A stretch of 64,000 nucleotides of DNA from positions 32,001 through 96,000 of IMG/VR virus record IMGVR_UViG_3300009314_000003. One strand, given 5' to 3'. The DNA comes from a virus. Numbering within the stretch: position 1 is the stretch's first letter; every line of letters starts with the position of its first letter. The translations under genes and the position numbers were made by a program. Of the stretch, positions 50,601-59,893 are shown one piece after another. The notes under the pieces were generated by a model. That model had not been told where the DNA came from, made no database searches, and saw only the letters and a list, made by a program, of their open reading frames with translations.

Positions 50601-52563
50601 ACCCTCCGAGGGGGGTTCCCAGTTGTTTGGACCTATGGACGGCGGTCTGCAGAGAATAAGGTTCAAAGGCCTGGGAGTCAATGAAGCGATCATGCCGATG
50701 CATGTGGCTAAGGAGCAGGTAATTAGAATAGCTAAGCAGCACGGCGGTTCAATACCTAAACCCAAACTGGTGAGGGATTGGCTTATGGGCAAAACTGCCT
50801 CCCCCTTCCCAATCCACCGCGGTAAGCAGCCAATTATATATAGTGGTACCAGCTTGGCCAAGGTGTATGTAGTACCAGATGTTCTGTGGGAACTACATGG
50901 AGGGCTTGATATAGATGTCAAGAAACAGTCAAAGATGGGCAACTTACATGGCCTTGTCTATATAGATCCCGTGGCGGCTATATCAGACCTGGCTGACTGG
51001 GATGGTGATTTAGGGATGATGGTCTTCGCCGGCAATACCCCAAGTACAAGGGCCATACAAGCTGCGACCAATCGGACTGAGGAACTTGTGAAATATCTAA
51101 CCTGGAAGCAGAAGGTATCTGGTGATGCCCCGCTGGATAGGGTAACTGATGCCGTTACTGTCGACCTTGATCCGGAGAACTTTAAGAAGACCGGCAGGGT
51201 AACTTATATGGTACCTAATAAGAATTACAAGAAGGTAATTGATACAACTGCTACGTTGGACATTTTCCCTGTGAAAGACTTCTACGATCGCTCCAATCAT
51301 GATTTCACTGTTCTCAAGACATCTCTGATTGATGAATATATTACCAACGAATTGGTGACCGGCAGGCTTGGAAATATGCACAAGTACCTACAGTCACAGG
51401 TCCTTGGCAAACCATCTGTCTGGGAGCAGTTGTCACATGAACTCTCCGACAATAAGAAATTGGCTAAGTTTCTTAAGGAGGAAGGCATCTCTGCCTTAGA
51501 GGTACAGGAGGCTGTGCACTATATCCTTAATAAGGAGGCCAAATCGGGTATGAAATTTGCCACTGCTGTTGAGAAGTGGTCAGGAAACCTGGTTGAGGTA
51601 ATGACTGTCCAGAAGATCCTTGGGGGTGAACAGATTAGTGGATCCTCCGCAAGATTGAAGAAGGATCTTATCAATAAAATACTCAGCAGCAATCAAAGTC
51701 TGCTGAGTGGCTCAATTGTAGATGAATCTCAGGGTGTTGTGAATAGGCTGGCATTAATGCCGGAAAAGCCGGATGCATCCCTGATGCAATTTATCTCGCC
51801 CGACAAGATAAGCAGGTTAAGCGACGCAGATGTAAGGGATATGGCTAGGGTATCCAGGAAACTGACAGTGGATGTTGGCCTTATAATACTTGCCTCGCAA
51901 AAGGCAGCTGAATTCTTGAATAAACCGGATGCCTTCGGTGTTACCTATATAAAAAAGGCCCTGGACTCCTCCACAGCTGCAATACAGGGTAACATAGGAT
52001 TCCACTTCTCCCTTATGGCGGGGCTGGGGGCCTCGGCAAAGTGGGAGGACTTCGCCTCAGGTATATTTGGTAAGGACAATCTTGCCTACAGCCTAAGTGA
52101 ATTTCAGCGGGGTATGCCGATGTCCGGCCGCCGCACAATATTAGAATCCATTAAGACAGGTATACGTGAGCATGTAGGTGAAGAGGGTTACAGATCCCTA
52201 GGTAAGAGTGTGAAATGGGCAGGCCTCGCAGCCTTAGCCCTAATGGCCCTTGATCCTAATGCTAATAGTAAACTCCTAGGACCTACCCCCGGTGAGGGAG
52301 GTGAAAAATATGATCTCCCAACCATCCAATCCATCTTGGATGTGTATAAGCAGAAGAAGCCAAGGCTGCTCGAGCCCAGTGCTACTATGATGGATAAGTT
52401 GGCTACACTGACAGGGCTGCCAATAGAGTCCTTGCCACAACTAAAACAAGGGAGGAATCTTCCTCCACGACCGAGTATACGCTACAATAATAGAAGGAAG
52501 AAATACAGCCGTCATAATATCGGACAATACATCCGTGATGGAAACGGAGTACTACTGACCTAA
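44659..52563 (+). CDS. Giant protein: DEDDh exonuclease domain plus putative single-chain two-barrel RNA polymerase (candidate virion RNAP)
   Basis: VFDTE / MDAD / HMAEFD; beta-like VAYLPDRHGYTHD and TKISTGSTK; beta'-like HRGKQP and IDPVAAISDLADWDGD. Confidence 0.72.
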   Translation: MADKEKDTRDILISWSLILPTLLGIVKANKNLPRLAELQDLLIRYLRGRVSMSDVISGRKAIRAVLTKDVELEKFVEARKQAWQDHLTGKTGKEFSSNISAKFVEDIEGGKDLVETKIDIHTRDTLASRIDVVRENLGKRIEDIKNRTGIKTSVLNRKDAIKARSTFDLFGAQVWYDMFGSTGPISGGSAWDMMDAHAWFRAYKTSGHISFTGNTQDLEVNSIRSRLSSFDTSPESADVDILKKYVTELERIEKQFEAPQLKPISGSRVKDPIWTSIIGNRVATSNGRITTIGGKEVMGLGAIESSIQQSLLGELEQNLAPPKQGFQTRFEDIFYNYSPQTQRFYDVVLSPQSQAKEVAKVFRSMSEHLGRLKRGGANTVAAKLAKDESTQRALTKVINNMELRLEVTEEHALGRPFKYFKFVLDSSGAEVDRSIKVGDKTLDKLVGRMEFYFPTVQEGYLITRPGVHPLTSPATWPAGAKGISQFMSIPSTVALDITQHMPKFYNEMMDAMLRGDRAQNYLMRRINHAMELASPAKGTVGDIFRIAAAKHVEGRIYAGLEDSRMYINALKAKSAVENVKRMHTTGKSRILVFDTEYGKEGLLSRSLGVQRMARDPGVKVWSIGYQILDYEASSGRMTGIMGKPGKLMIKPKNWNSIKSNVEQWLRRQLPDEKAVEKIINKIQEGEGLREALKKLVDDIRTYGKNDIYVSGFASMDADLKNLAQMIDAEFSKKEALEWKTQLSYLLDVDMEHGARRQIDVMRLYQGFSFARPETAISNAAVFESLYGIDSTRFGELLTMVKGKKQVELKVAAKKLWSSSSEIAKAEHAFKTFENMKLGVTEYHSHMAEFDWTIHAMSMKRLFGRVMGPNTLDREALERLSIAAEIQRNRLAGYKSPWHYVTDTILNPLFASTYSVSSFDGAGTSYSDPNMAQLSLHAMPKAQAARMIGSLLNPDRVLPGGLLHNLLRQKYQSFSGHILSVNTGLMFKDMHADMTQVMKEADLPFLGIGEVMGTPHTTAMRQHIINTYMGSYGNYARNNLRVTLGDRAAEAAMKKTTMHMTDSIIGLVAYLPDRHGYTHDAALRVNKAIFESVNVLGHGDRPGIRNIELEIPIPDEWKNKSGMAIKDVLKRQGFHPAIQRLAREYGGRVSGIVDKRWEYFKMDVLGEGDISDRIIHPGDELIKEVQGRREYLRLTDVGRKYDKKYPAAVVGMKVDLEQNNIIITVSEHSRPMLTTKISTGSTKTLWGTASSKVENVNTKGRAVGGGMLLLEGSIKSLKDYGAIVMAQIGRVLRHVYSSNLGPLGQEGAIKKALTPLLGKDLVEDITFQDNRLLTTGGRSIVIRKPELGNKIQTHLSRHSASVPKLYDMVEAAGITIGEVRKLFNIITSNILESETEREKLFNQLGRDHLNSLEREKDRLLGKIATAGEGRSKKEIERSKNMVSRQIRSWKAFVERQDESGTALFDFMATKPFADSAVLTSHNAIIALESLHIVESGPIDFMRSFDRMESFYGFPLGPQKLSPADANVLEDAVRRAAGEDIAALEIMVEMDKMRGFAYISKKTGRPIIRESIQAVNLAMKFLREGRPALAAALGEEGTTKILNYEAVQQLAEKSGFIELMSTKDMESVLTKLDAITDERHVGRKVADALVDMGILGAKEGMSEHDLMKLLNDFGISGPDVEYFTDVINQDRIHLVDKTLLNEIKMFRTTKGSMKDITLLEVQNTSSAIKALKARVGKSRADVKRVEKLEGWLKNTGRTSLYKEGFTFDLREHLFGYLMDNPNMAKGKTDILLRQVSNYLERMAKRGSLRVGADFIPIPKAAVLMSILQSSNLSNLLGGKNAFLGGAAVSTLEVMRDVMQFNQATKDIAGLGDGAKKSVEELIENWTSKVQQLEHSIGVLQERVIGPSVSQLIKKAFTLYAPTSYGKLLHPLHLLPTLQNKLYGAPGGLEKALSNFPKSEVIKINNKVFAEIDIKKAFANLVDAPSEGGSQLFGPMDGGLQRIRFKGLGVNEAIMPMHVAKEQVIRIAKQHGGSIPKPKLVRDWLMGKTASPFPIHRGKQPIIYSGTSLAKVYVVPDVLWELHGGLDIDVKKQSKMGNLHGLVYIDPVAAISDLADWDGDLGMMVFAGNTPSTRAIQAATNRTEELVKYLTWKQKVSGDAPLDRVTDAVTVDLDPENFKKTGRVTYMVPNKNYKKVIDTTATLDIFPVKDFYDRSNHDFTVLKTSLIDEYITNELVTGRLGNMHKYLQSQVLGKPSVWEQLSHELSDNKKLAKFLKEEGISALEVQEAVHYILNKEAKSGMKFATAVEKWSGNLVEVMTVQKILGGEQISGSSARLKKDLINKILSSNQSLLSGSIVDESQGVVNRLALMPEKPDASLMQFISPDKISRLSDADVRDMARVSRKLTVDVGLIILASQKAAEFLNKPDAFGVTYIKKALDSSTAAIQGNIGFHFSLMAGLGASAKWEDFASGIFGKDNLAYSLSEFQRGMPMSGRRTILESIKTGIREHVGEEGYRSLGKSVKWAGLAALALMALDPNANSKLLGPTPGEGGEKYDLPTIQSILDVYKQKKPRLLEPSATMMDKLATLTGLPIESLPQLKQGRNLPPRPSIRYNNRRKKYSRHNIGQYIRDGNGVLLT

Positions 52564-52565
52564 TT

Positions 52566-52751
52566 ATGCATATTACTATAGAGGTTGACCTAAATAATAT
52601 TCCCTATGATGTTGATGTCACTGAGATTATTGGCTATCTACAATCATATCTTCAAGAGACATACCAGGTTGATGTGAATATGATGGTGGATGACTACGAC
52701 TTCGTCAATAAGATTGACCTGGGCCGGCAGATGAAGGCTATGAAGCGTTAA
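52566..52751 (+). CDS. Small acidic hypothetical protein
   Basis: 61-aa ORF filling the gap between two giant genes; TAATG coupling to the next gene. Confidence 0.65.
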   Translation: MHITIEVDLNNIPYDVDVTEIIGYLQSYLQETYQVDVNMMVDDYDFVNKIDLGRQMKAMKR

Positions 52752-55700
52752 TGTCTATTTACAACACCACTGACAGAATCAACTATCTCTCAACCGTTGA
52801 GCGCATCTCCAAGGAAAACGGCATTGATCCTGACTTTGTAGATGCCATGATAGGTGCAGAGTGCTCCTGGGACCTCAATTTGGCTGGCGGGACAGGCGCA
52901 CTTGGATTAATGCAACTTATTTCGGACAGCAGTATTGTGGAGATTATACAATGGCGGGAATCTCAATTCCATGGACAAGATCTGAAGGAATTAACAACCA
53001 AAGCAGGAGAAGATCCAGAAATCAATATTCGGATTGGTATTGACTATTTGAGGTATATTGACCTTCACCCCAGCACTTATGTCAGACCGAATGCTGCTCT
53101 CCTCGCCGCATCATATAATCAGGGTTGGCCCACTGTGGGGGACGCCGGCTGGACGGTCCCTACAGATGCTCAGGTCTACGTAAATAATATTCAAAAGCAG
53201 ATGCGTGTCTTGAAGAATAACAGTAGCTTCCTGCTGGCTGAGTATTATCCCATCGAGCTTGAGGACACCTCCGCCGACGATCTCGAGAAGAAGAAGCTAT
53301 ACTACAAGATGAGCGACCCCAAGGAGTTGGGCCTCCTGGTTATTGGTGACCTGCAATTCACCGTCCCACCCACAGCCATTAACTTCTCCTCAGACAGTCA
53401 GGCCATCTCTATTCCCACCCTTCGCTCCTCAGGTGATCCAGTCATTACCAGCAACACAGCAGTACCAAGGGCCCAGGTGGTTCTTTACTTCACAGGTGTG
53501 AATGCAATTAATAGGGAACTGAGACCCCTTTACGCTATGTTCCATAAGGCACCCTTCACCACGGTGCAGAACAACACCCTCCACAAACTTATGGTAGGTA
53601 AGAAGCAGGAGCAGTTGATGAATACATCTACTAAAGATTTTTCCCCTATCCCTATTATGCTGGAAGGAATTACCCTACACACCGTTCCAGGATTTCCTGG
53701 TACGATACAGGCCAATGTCTCCCTGGCATTTATAAATCACTTCCCCCATGTATCGGAGATGAAGTTCTTCAAAAAGACAGAAGACGCCAAGGCCCAAGCC
53801 AGGTATATGACTTACCGAAGTAGTAAGGCCTACAACACCATCAACCTTAGGGAGGATGGTAACCTCACATACATTACAGCGGAGGGAACCCCTGGTACCG
53901 CAGGTAAACCAGCGGGTGGTAAAACTACTCTCTATCCCGGGGGTAGTTGGCCCTTCATACGTCACTACAGGGGTCTCCTAAGGGAGTTTAAGGAGTCATA
54001 CTTTGCTGATATGTCTAATAGGGTAGAACCTTGGTGTGAATATAATGCAACTTCTGCGCAAGGTATAAAAATCCAATACAATAGCATCTTAGTCTACGAC
54101 ACAATGGAGCAAAACCTACTACGCAACCTGCGAGGAATAAGTGACATGTTGCACCGCCTCAAGGTAATGAGGGCATTGGCCACCAAGGACATTGCCATTA
54201 ACGCGGCCACGGGAGGTGGGCCTAAGAGCGTACTTATTGATGGTAAAGAAGTAGACGTTCAACCGACTGATATTGGAATGTTTACCTTTGAAGGTAGAGG
54301 AGCAGAAATATTAGAAAAGTATTTTAGTTTCTGGGAGCATTATATCGATGCCTTCGCGGGTATAAGATATACACTTAATGAGCTGAGGACAGAGATTACA
54401 CAGGCTTATAACCAATTTAAAACGATAACGGAGGAAAAGGCAGAAGGCATCGAGGTTGATTTCACCTTCCTAAGTGATGACGACCAACTCACAAATAACA
54501 GTGAGGTGATTAAGAAGAGCCTGTTACAATATGTTTATCTCCTACGTAAGAGAAAAGAACTCGCCAGTGAGACGGGAATGGATGAGGAGAAAAGTAAGCT
54601 AAATATTGCAATAGATAAGTATCATAAACTCTATGAAGCTATGGGACAGCACTTTAATGATTCCGTTGAGGACTGGGCAAAGGAGGAAAAGGTTAATCCT
54701 AAGATAGTCCATCCCATCGAATTTACTCTGGGGTGGGATGATACACTTAGTCCCAAATACAATGAGAATGCACTAAAGGAGGCACTAGAGAAACAGAAGG
54801 ATACGGCGGTTCAGAAGGCTAAACTACGATATAATACTGTCGTCAACTCTATAGGTGTTTCGTATCAGAATAATATTACTCCTATTCCTATTCTCGCCTT
54901 CGAGAACCCAACTTTCCAACATATGGGAATATCTAACGCAGTGGTCACTATCAATCTCAAGACAAAAGACGAAGATCTCCTTGCCCGTTTGACTGATGTA
55001 AGGCAAAGTATAGCTCATATCTCACGTGCTGTTGCGTCCGGCGGCAATAACGACCTGGCTGATCTGGAGCTATCAAAAATCACCATCACTGATGGCCTAT
55101 TGAACTCCCTCGGCCTGAACGAATTTGCCCTCAGGGACCTGGATGTACGGAGTATCTCCGGCTCTCCGGGATGGTACGAGATTACTTTGGAGCTTGTACA
55201 AAATGAAATGGATCTTACTAAGTTTGAACAGTTAAGCAGTATTCCCTCCTACCAACTTCCGAGGGATGCAGTGGCAACCCTCTTTCCATCCAAGGATTTT
55301 GAGCCGTATGACTTTTTTGACTCGCTTAAGGAGGAATATAATAAGAAAAACAAAGCACTTCGTGAGCGTATAATGGATTACAGATTCTATACGTCAGAAG
55401 TATGCAGGAGGGTGATAAAGAAACATTATGCAAGGCCTACAGCGAAAGACGCATTTGGGGAATATGTACTTGGCTCGGAGTATGGAGTAAGTGTCGAGCT
55501 AATTAGAGAACTGCCGGGGGGTAACCCATATTACGAATTCATTATCGAGGTGTATAATATCGATACCGGGGTGAAAGATACCTCCAGGACAAAATTCTAC
55601 AGGAGTATGGTTGGGCCATTACTCAGACGAGCAACCATTATCTGCCAAATGGCCCGTGCCTTTGAGAATGAAAAGAATTACGAACTAGGTGTCGGGTCCT

Positions 55701-58700
55701 TAACTGTTCAACTTGAAGCTCATTACCTAAGATATATTAGCAGGGTTGCTAATGGTATTGATACCCTCCTAAAGCTTGATCCAGAGGTAGTATCCTTACC
55801 TGCTACTATTTTTGGAACGGAAGTTGCCGGGGTCGGTGATATTGAAATTAAGTTACAACAACCGGGGATAATAGACACTACCCTCGATCAGATGAGATTA
55901 AAGAGCCTTTACATTCTCTTAAGCCGAAAGGACTTCCGCGATTTCCTTGATTCCTGTGAGGATTTGAATATAAGTAGCTTCGATACACCAGGTTATTTTA
56001 CAAGCAGTACACCAGTAAGTAGCTTCGATACACCAGGTTATTTTAGTTATCTTACAAGCAGTATATTGGGGTTTGGACAACAATACCTTGTTGGACCAGA
56101 GCCTCCCACCACATATGATAAATACCTTACCAACGAGGAGGAAGATCATCTCACCAAGCTCGCGAAGAGTATAGGCAAATATTTCGAAGAGGCACACAAA
56201 ATGATCAAGGGTAATTACCCTGACCTGGATTTACCTCCGGACGTGCTTGAGGAGAATGGCCATTATATCTTTGGCCCGTCCTTCTATTTGAAGGCTAAAG
56301 GCAGTCTGCAAGAGGATGCTATGAAGAAGACGAGTGAGCTTTTATCAGGTTATCGCTTGTCTGTGGCTTTACAGCTTGCCATTATCCAGGGTCAGATTAC
56401 CAATAAAATGTTTATTGATAAACACAACAAGATAGGGGAACGTATAAATGACCTTCTCACTAAACTAAAGGTAGATGAGAAGGTGAAAGATATACTTAAG
56501 CTAGAGAATGTTAGGGATGAGTATGAGCAAATCAATAATGTGATTGGCGTTGAAACGGACACAGGTGGCAATATAACAAATGAAACTGTATTAGCCTATA
56601 AATCGCTAATAGATGCTGATTTACTAAAGGATATAGGTGTAATGGCCGCCGGACGTGTATTTGTTGATGAGAATGGGGTGGAGCGTGATATAACACCACA
56701 AATGACAAGTAGGCAATTCAGAAGACTTATAATACGCTCCGCGTGTTTTGAGTACGCTTACTTTATGAGTATACTTGAGGAAGCCTTGAACGAGAAGATA
56801 GGACTTAACGGATTGAAGATAGTATATTTTAATGCGGAGGGGGAAACAACCGAGGCTGGTAATGCGGTTAGTGCTGCAATCGGAGGGTCCGGTGTTAATA
56901 CAGAAATAAGTCTTGTCAAATTACTTGACAATACACTAAACTTCCAGAACAAGGGCCTCGCAAAAGGCGCCGGTGAATTACAGCGATATATAAGGATCAC
57001 CTCCGCTACCGATACCGATGGGGTTGATTTTGAAGGGGAAGCTATACAGAATATACTCATCAAACTTTATAATGATGCTGTACGCCTTATCAAGAATGAA
57101 AATCCTGAAGCGTTGATGAATTACTTTGGCTTCAGCGACCTCGGTTCTGCGAAGGAGCGTTATGAATTAGATAAGAAGTTAGCTAAGATTGTAGATACAT
57201 CCACCAACGGTACTATGGATAGGGCATTCCCAACATTTAAGCTTTTCTTCATTGAGGAGGATACACCGAACTGGCTCTTGTTTGATGATTTCTATACTTA
57301 TGACGCTGTTAACTCCATAGATGTTGTCGAGTCAAAGCACGCTGCTAGCTCGACCGCTGTTATTAAACTTTCTAACGTCACAAACAAACTCACGGGGGAT
57401 CCTTTTCAGGATATGTGGAAGGATTCTGATGTTCCCGCCACCTTGCCACGTATTCGCCTCAGGCCTGGCACACCAATCCTGCTTCGACTTGGCTACGGCC
57501 CTGATTATCGTCATCTTCCTGTTGTTTTTATGGGCACAATCACAGAGGTGAAGCCGGGGCCTGTGCTTGAGTTCACTGCCCAAAGCTGGGGAGCAGAACT
57601 AACAAATTCCGTTGGCTCTAATAAGGGAATGAAATTTGGTGCTTTGTCTCCTGAGAAAACTATTGGTAGTGTTGTGGTCAGTGTTTTAGACCAACTACCG
57701 GGGATGCATCACTTTGGCCGCTGGACAATGAAGGCGCTTGATGATGCAGACCCTAATATGATACCAAATTCCTTTTACAAGATGGCTCACTTTGCTAAGA
57801 GTGGACCGGCAAAGTGGTTAGCCGGCTGGGGATTGGATTTTGCTGGTGTAGATACGGATATGTATAAGAAACTAATCGGCGATATAACTTCTTCCCAGAA
57901 GGATTTAGAGAATCTTCTCTCAGGCAGAAGACCAGACCACCTAATGCTAAATATAGGTAATGAACTATATGATAATGTGTACCTGAACGGGATAAGGTCT
58001 TCGGGGTACGGATGGGCCAATTTCTTGGGAATAGGAAATTTAGATCACCTAAACAACAGAGGTAATTTTGACTGGGTTATATATAACCAGACAGGCTGGG
58101 ATGCTCTCTGGGAAGCTTGTCTACATCTGGGGGATTATATTGTACGGCCACTCCCTTATAATGAAGGAACTAATATGCTTCAACAACCCCCGAGGATGAC
58201 CCTTTACATTGGCCCGCGTGAGGGATACTACCAACACTCTGACCAGATGTTGTCAAACATGTCTTTAACTGACCAAATTACTGAGGCGATGGAGAAGGAA
58301 CTTAAGGAATTGTTAGATGGGAGTAATAATGGCCCTACTACTACTACAGTTGAACAATTATTTAAGGAGGAACTCCTTGCCCACGCGGCTGAATTATTTG
58401 AGGGGTATACCAGCCCAGGTATTATGGTAGGCATCTACTGGTTAGCAAAACAAGTGCTTTTGGATATGCACCCCGTAGCTCCATGTATTACCACAAGAGC
58501 TCTTGACATACTGGAAGAGATATTTCCATCTATGCGTAGGGGGCAGCATGCAGGTGTAAAAGTAGGAGGTTTTACAACGTCTGATAGGGCCGGAGTTTGG
58601 CGAATCCTTTGTGTTCTCTTAACGGGTAATCTTGAGGAAACTACTTTTACTGGTATGATTAACAAATACCGACCACAGTCTTTGAAGAAGTTTACTCAGA

Positions 58701-59887
58701 GGAACTCAAGTTCCTTTCTTGACTCTGTAAATAAGGAGAAGGCTGAGGTGTATTTCAGTAATTACACAGATTACTACGAATCTGACTTGACCGCTAGTAT
58801 TTCCGATCTCTTTACAACCAACTACTCATCTCAAGATACAACCGACTCCCTTATAAATCGTGTTATGAGGAGGGCTAATGTCGAAAAGTTTGCGGCGAAT
58901 AAACACTTTACCCCTGTCGTTGAACATCATTTCGTTAATAGCTGGGAAGATATTATGTCTAATGACATTATTGCCACGTCTGATTCCATGTACAACCACG
59001 TCAGGTTATTATTCAGTGGTGAGCCAACAGCCCATAAATCTTTAGAGGATCAGGATAAGCTTAAATCTTATGACACCTTCATTGGTTATGATATTGATCC
59101 TAACCATATCCGAACCTATGTTAGTTATCAGAAGAATGTTGATCCTAACATAATATTCAACTTTTTGGAGGCCAAGAACTTCACGAAGTATGAAAATGAG
59201 GTCATTCTTCCTAACTACATGAATATTGCTAACCAGATATTATCTAATGTGGTCAAGCCTATGTATCAGGGCAGCCTTACATTGGTAGGTAATCCACATA
59301 TCCGGCCCTGGCATATTGTTCATATGTATGACGACATAACTAATATGGATGGGCCGGTGGAGGTAGAAGAGGTGGTTCATTCCTTCTCCTCAGAGCGTGG
59401 ATATACCACAACCATAGTTCCAAACCTGGTTATCTATGATAGAGATATTAATACCCAGGCCGACCTTCTCTATCTTGAGATGCTTGGTAGGTACCGGAGT
59501 CATCGCCTTGGTTGGGATATAGTAATTGGTGGAGGTAAAGCACTAGGTAAGACGGCAATAGTAGCAGCCACAGCTGCTCTGTTTTCATTGGCCGTCCCAG
59601 CGGCTATACTAGGAGGGACCTACTTCATAATCAAAGGGGGTTGGAATATATTCGAGAATTATGCAAATCAAACAATAGGCATGGCCGGCATTATTGCAGG
59701 GAATAATCCCCTTACCTTTGCCTATCTTAATTATAATGGTAAACCTTACATAGCTGGAATGGAAGGTATTTACGATATGGGTCGCAGTATATCCAGTATT
59801 GTGGTTGGTCAGTTACAAAAAGATGGTGAGAAGACTGGTATTTCTCCTTTTGTGTGGAATAGGCTCATGTCAAATATAACGGAGTGA
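52751..59887 (+). CDS. Giant baseplate hub / tail-associated lysin with N-terminal SLT lytic transglycosylase domain
   Basis: AMIGAECS, GALGLMQL, NIRIGIDYL, AASYNQG; hub-like LRLGYG..VFMGTITEV..FTAQSWG and GSLTLVGNP..VEVEEVVHSF..GYTTTI. Confidence 0.82.
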   Translation: MSIYNTTDRINYLSTVERISKENGIDPDFVDAMIGAECSWDLNLAGGTGALGLMQLISDSSIVEIIQWRESQFHGQDLKELTTKAGEDPEINIRIGIDYLRYIDLHPSTYVRPNAALLAASYNQGWPTVGDAGWTVPTDAQVYVNNIQKQMRVLKNNSSFLLAEYYPIELEDTSADDLEKKKLYYKMSDPKELGLLVIGDLQFTVPPTAINFSSDSQAISIPTLRSSGDPVITSNTAVPRAQVVLYFTGVNAINRELRPLYAMFHKAPFTTVQNNTLHKLMVGKKQEQLMNTSTKDFSPIPIMLEGITLHTVPGFPGTIQANVSLAFINHFPHVSEMKFFKKTEDAKAQARYMTYRSSKAYNTINLREDGNLTYITAEGTPGTAGKPAGGKTTLYPGGSWPFIRHYRGLLREFKESYFADMSNRVEPWCEYNATSAQGIKIQYNSILVYDTMEQNLLRNLRGISDMLHRLKVMRALATKDIAINAATGGGPKSVLIDGKEVDVQPTDIGMFTFEGRGAEILEKYFSFWEHYIDAFAGIRYTLNELRTEITQAYNQFKTITEEKAEGIEVDFTFLSDDDQLTNNSEVIKKSLLQYVYLLRKRKELASETGMDEEKSKLNIAIDKYHKLYEAMGQHFNDSVEDWAKEEKVNPKIVHPIEFTLGWDDTLSPKYNENALKEALEKQKDTAVQKAKLRYNTVVNSIGVSYQNNITPIPILAFENPTFQHMGISNAVVTINLKTKDEDLLARLTDVRQSIAHISRAVASGGNNDLADLELSKITITDGLLNSLGLNEFALRDLDVRSISGSPGWYEITLELVQNEMDLTKFEQLSSIPSYQLPRDAVATLFPSKDFEPYDFFDSLKEEYNKKNKALRERIMDYRFYTSEVCRRVIKKHYARPTAKDAFGEYVLGSEYGVSVELIRELPGGNPYYEFIIEVYNIDTGVKDTSRTKFYRSMVGPLLRRATIICQMARAFENEKNYELGVGSLTVQLEAHYLRYISRVANGIDTLLKLDPEVVSLPATIFGTEVAGVGDIEIKLQQPGIIDTTLDQMRLKSLYILLSRKDFRDFLDSCEDLNISSFDTPGYFTSSTPVSSFDTPGYFSYLTSSILGFGQQYLVGPEPPTTYDKYLTNEEEDHLTKLAKSIGKYFEEAHKMIKGNYPDLDLPPDVLEENGHYIFGPSFYLKAKGSLQEDAMKKTSELLSGYRLSVALQLAIIQGQITNKMFIDKHNKIGERINDLLTKLKVDEKVKDILKLENVRDEYEQINNVIGVETDTGGNITNETVLAYKSLIDADLLKDIGVMAAGRVFVDENGVERDITPQMTSRQFRRLIIRSACFEYAYFMSILEEALNEKIGLNGLKIVYFNAEGETTEAGNAVSAAIGGSGVNTEISLVKLLDNTLNFQNKGLAKGAGELQRYIRITSATDTDGVDFEGEAIQNILIKLYNDAVRLIKNENPEALMNYFGFSDLGSAKERYELDKKLAKIVDTSTNGTMDRAFPTFKLFFIEEDTPNWLLFDDFYTYDAVNSIDVVESKHAASSTAVIKLSNVTNKLTGDPFQDMWKDSDVPATLPRIRLRPGTPILLRLGYGPDYRHLPVVFMGTITEVKPGPVLEFTAQSWGAELTNSVGSNKGMKFGALSPEKTIGSVVVSVLDQLPGMHHFGRWTMKALDDADPNMIPNSFYKMAHFAKSGPAKWLAGWGLDFAGVDTDMYKKLIGDITSSQKDLENLLSGRRPDHLMLNIGNELYDNVYLNGIRSSGYGWANFLGIGNLDHLNNRGNFDWVIYNQTGWDALWEACLHLGDYIVRPLPYNEGTNMLQQPPRMTLYIGPREGYYQHSDQMLSNMSLTDQITEAMEKELKELLDGSNNGPTTTTVEQLFKEELLAHAAELFEGYTSPGIMVGIYWLAKQVLLDMHPVAPCITTRALDILEEIFPSMRRGQHAGVKVGGFTTSDRAGVWRILCVLLTGNLEETTFTGMINKYRPQSLKKFTQRNSSSFLDSVNKEKAEVYFSNYTDYYESDLTASISDLFTTNYSSQDTTDSLINRVMRRANVEKFAANKHFTPVVEHHFVNSWEDIMSNDIIATSDSMYNHVRLLFSGEPTAHKSLEDQDKLKSYDTFIGYDIDPNHIRTYVSYQKNVDPNIIFNFLEAKNFTKYENEVILPNYMNIANQILSNVVKPMYQGSLTLVGNPHIRPWHIVHMYDDITNMDGPVEVEEVVHSFSSERGYTTTIVPNLVIYDRDINTQADLLYLEMLGRYRSHRLGWDIVIGGGKALGKTAIVAATAALFSLAVPAAILGGTYFIIKGGWNIFENYANQTIGMAGIIAGNNPLTFAYLNYNGKPYIAGMEGIYDMGRSISSIVVGQLQKDGEKTGISPFVWNRLMSNITE
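55971..56045 (+). repeat. In-frame 30-bp direct repeat, period 45 (SSFDTPGYF x2)
   Basis: TAAGTAGCTTCGATACACCAGGTTATTTTA at 55971 and 56016. Confidence 0.95.
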
Positions 59888-59893
59888 TCCTTT

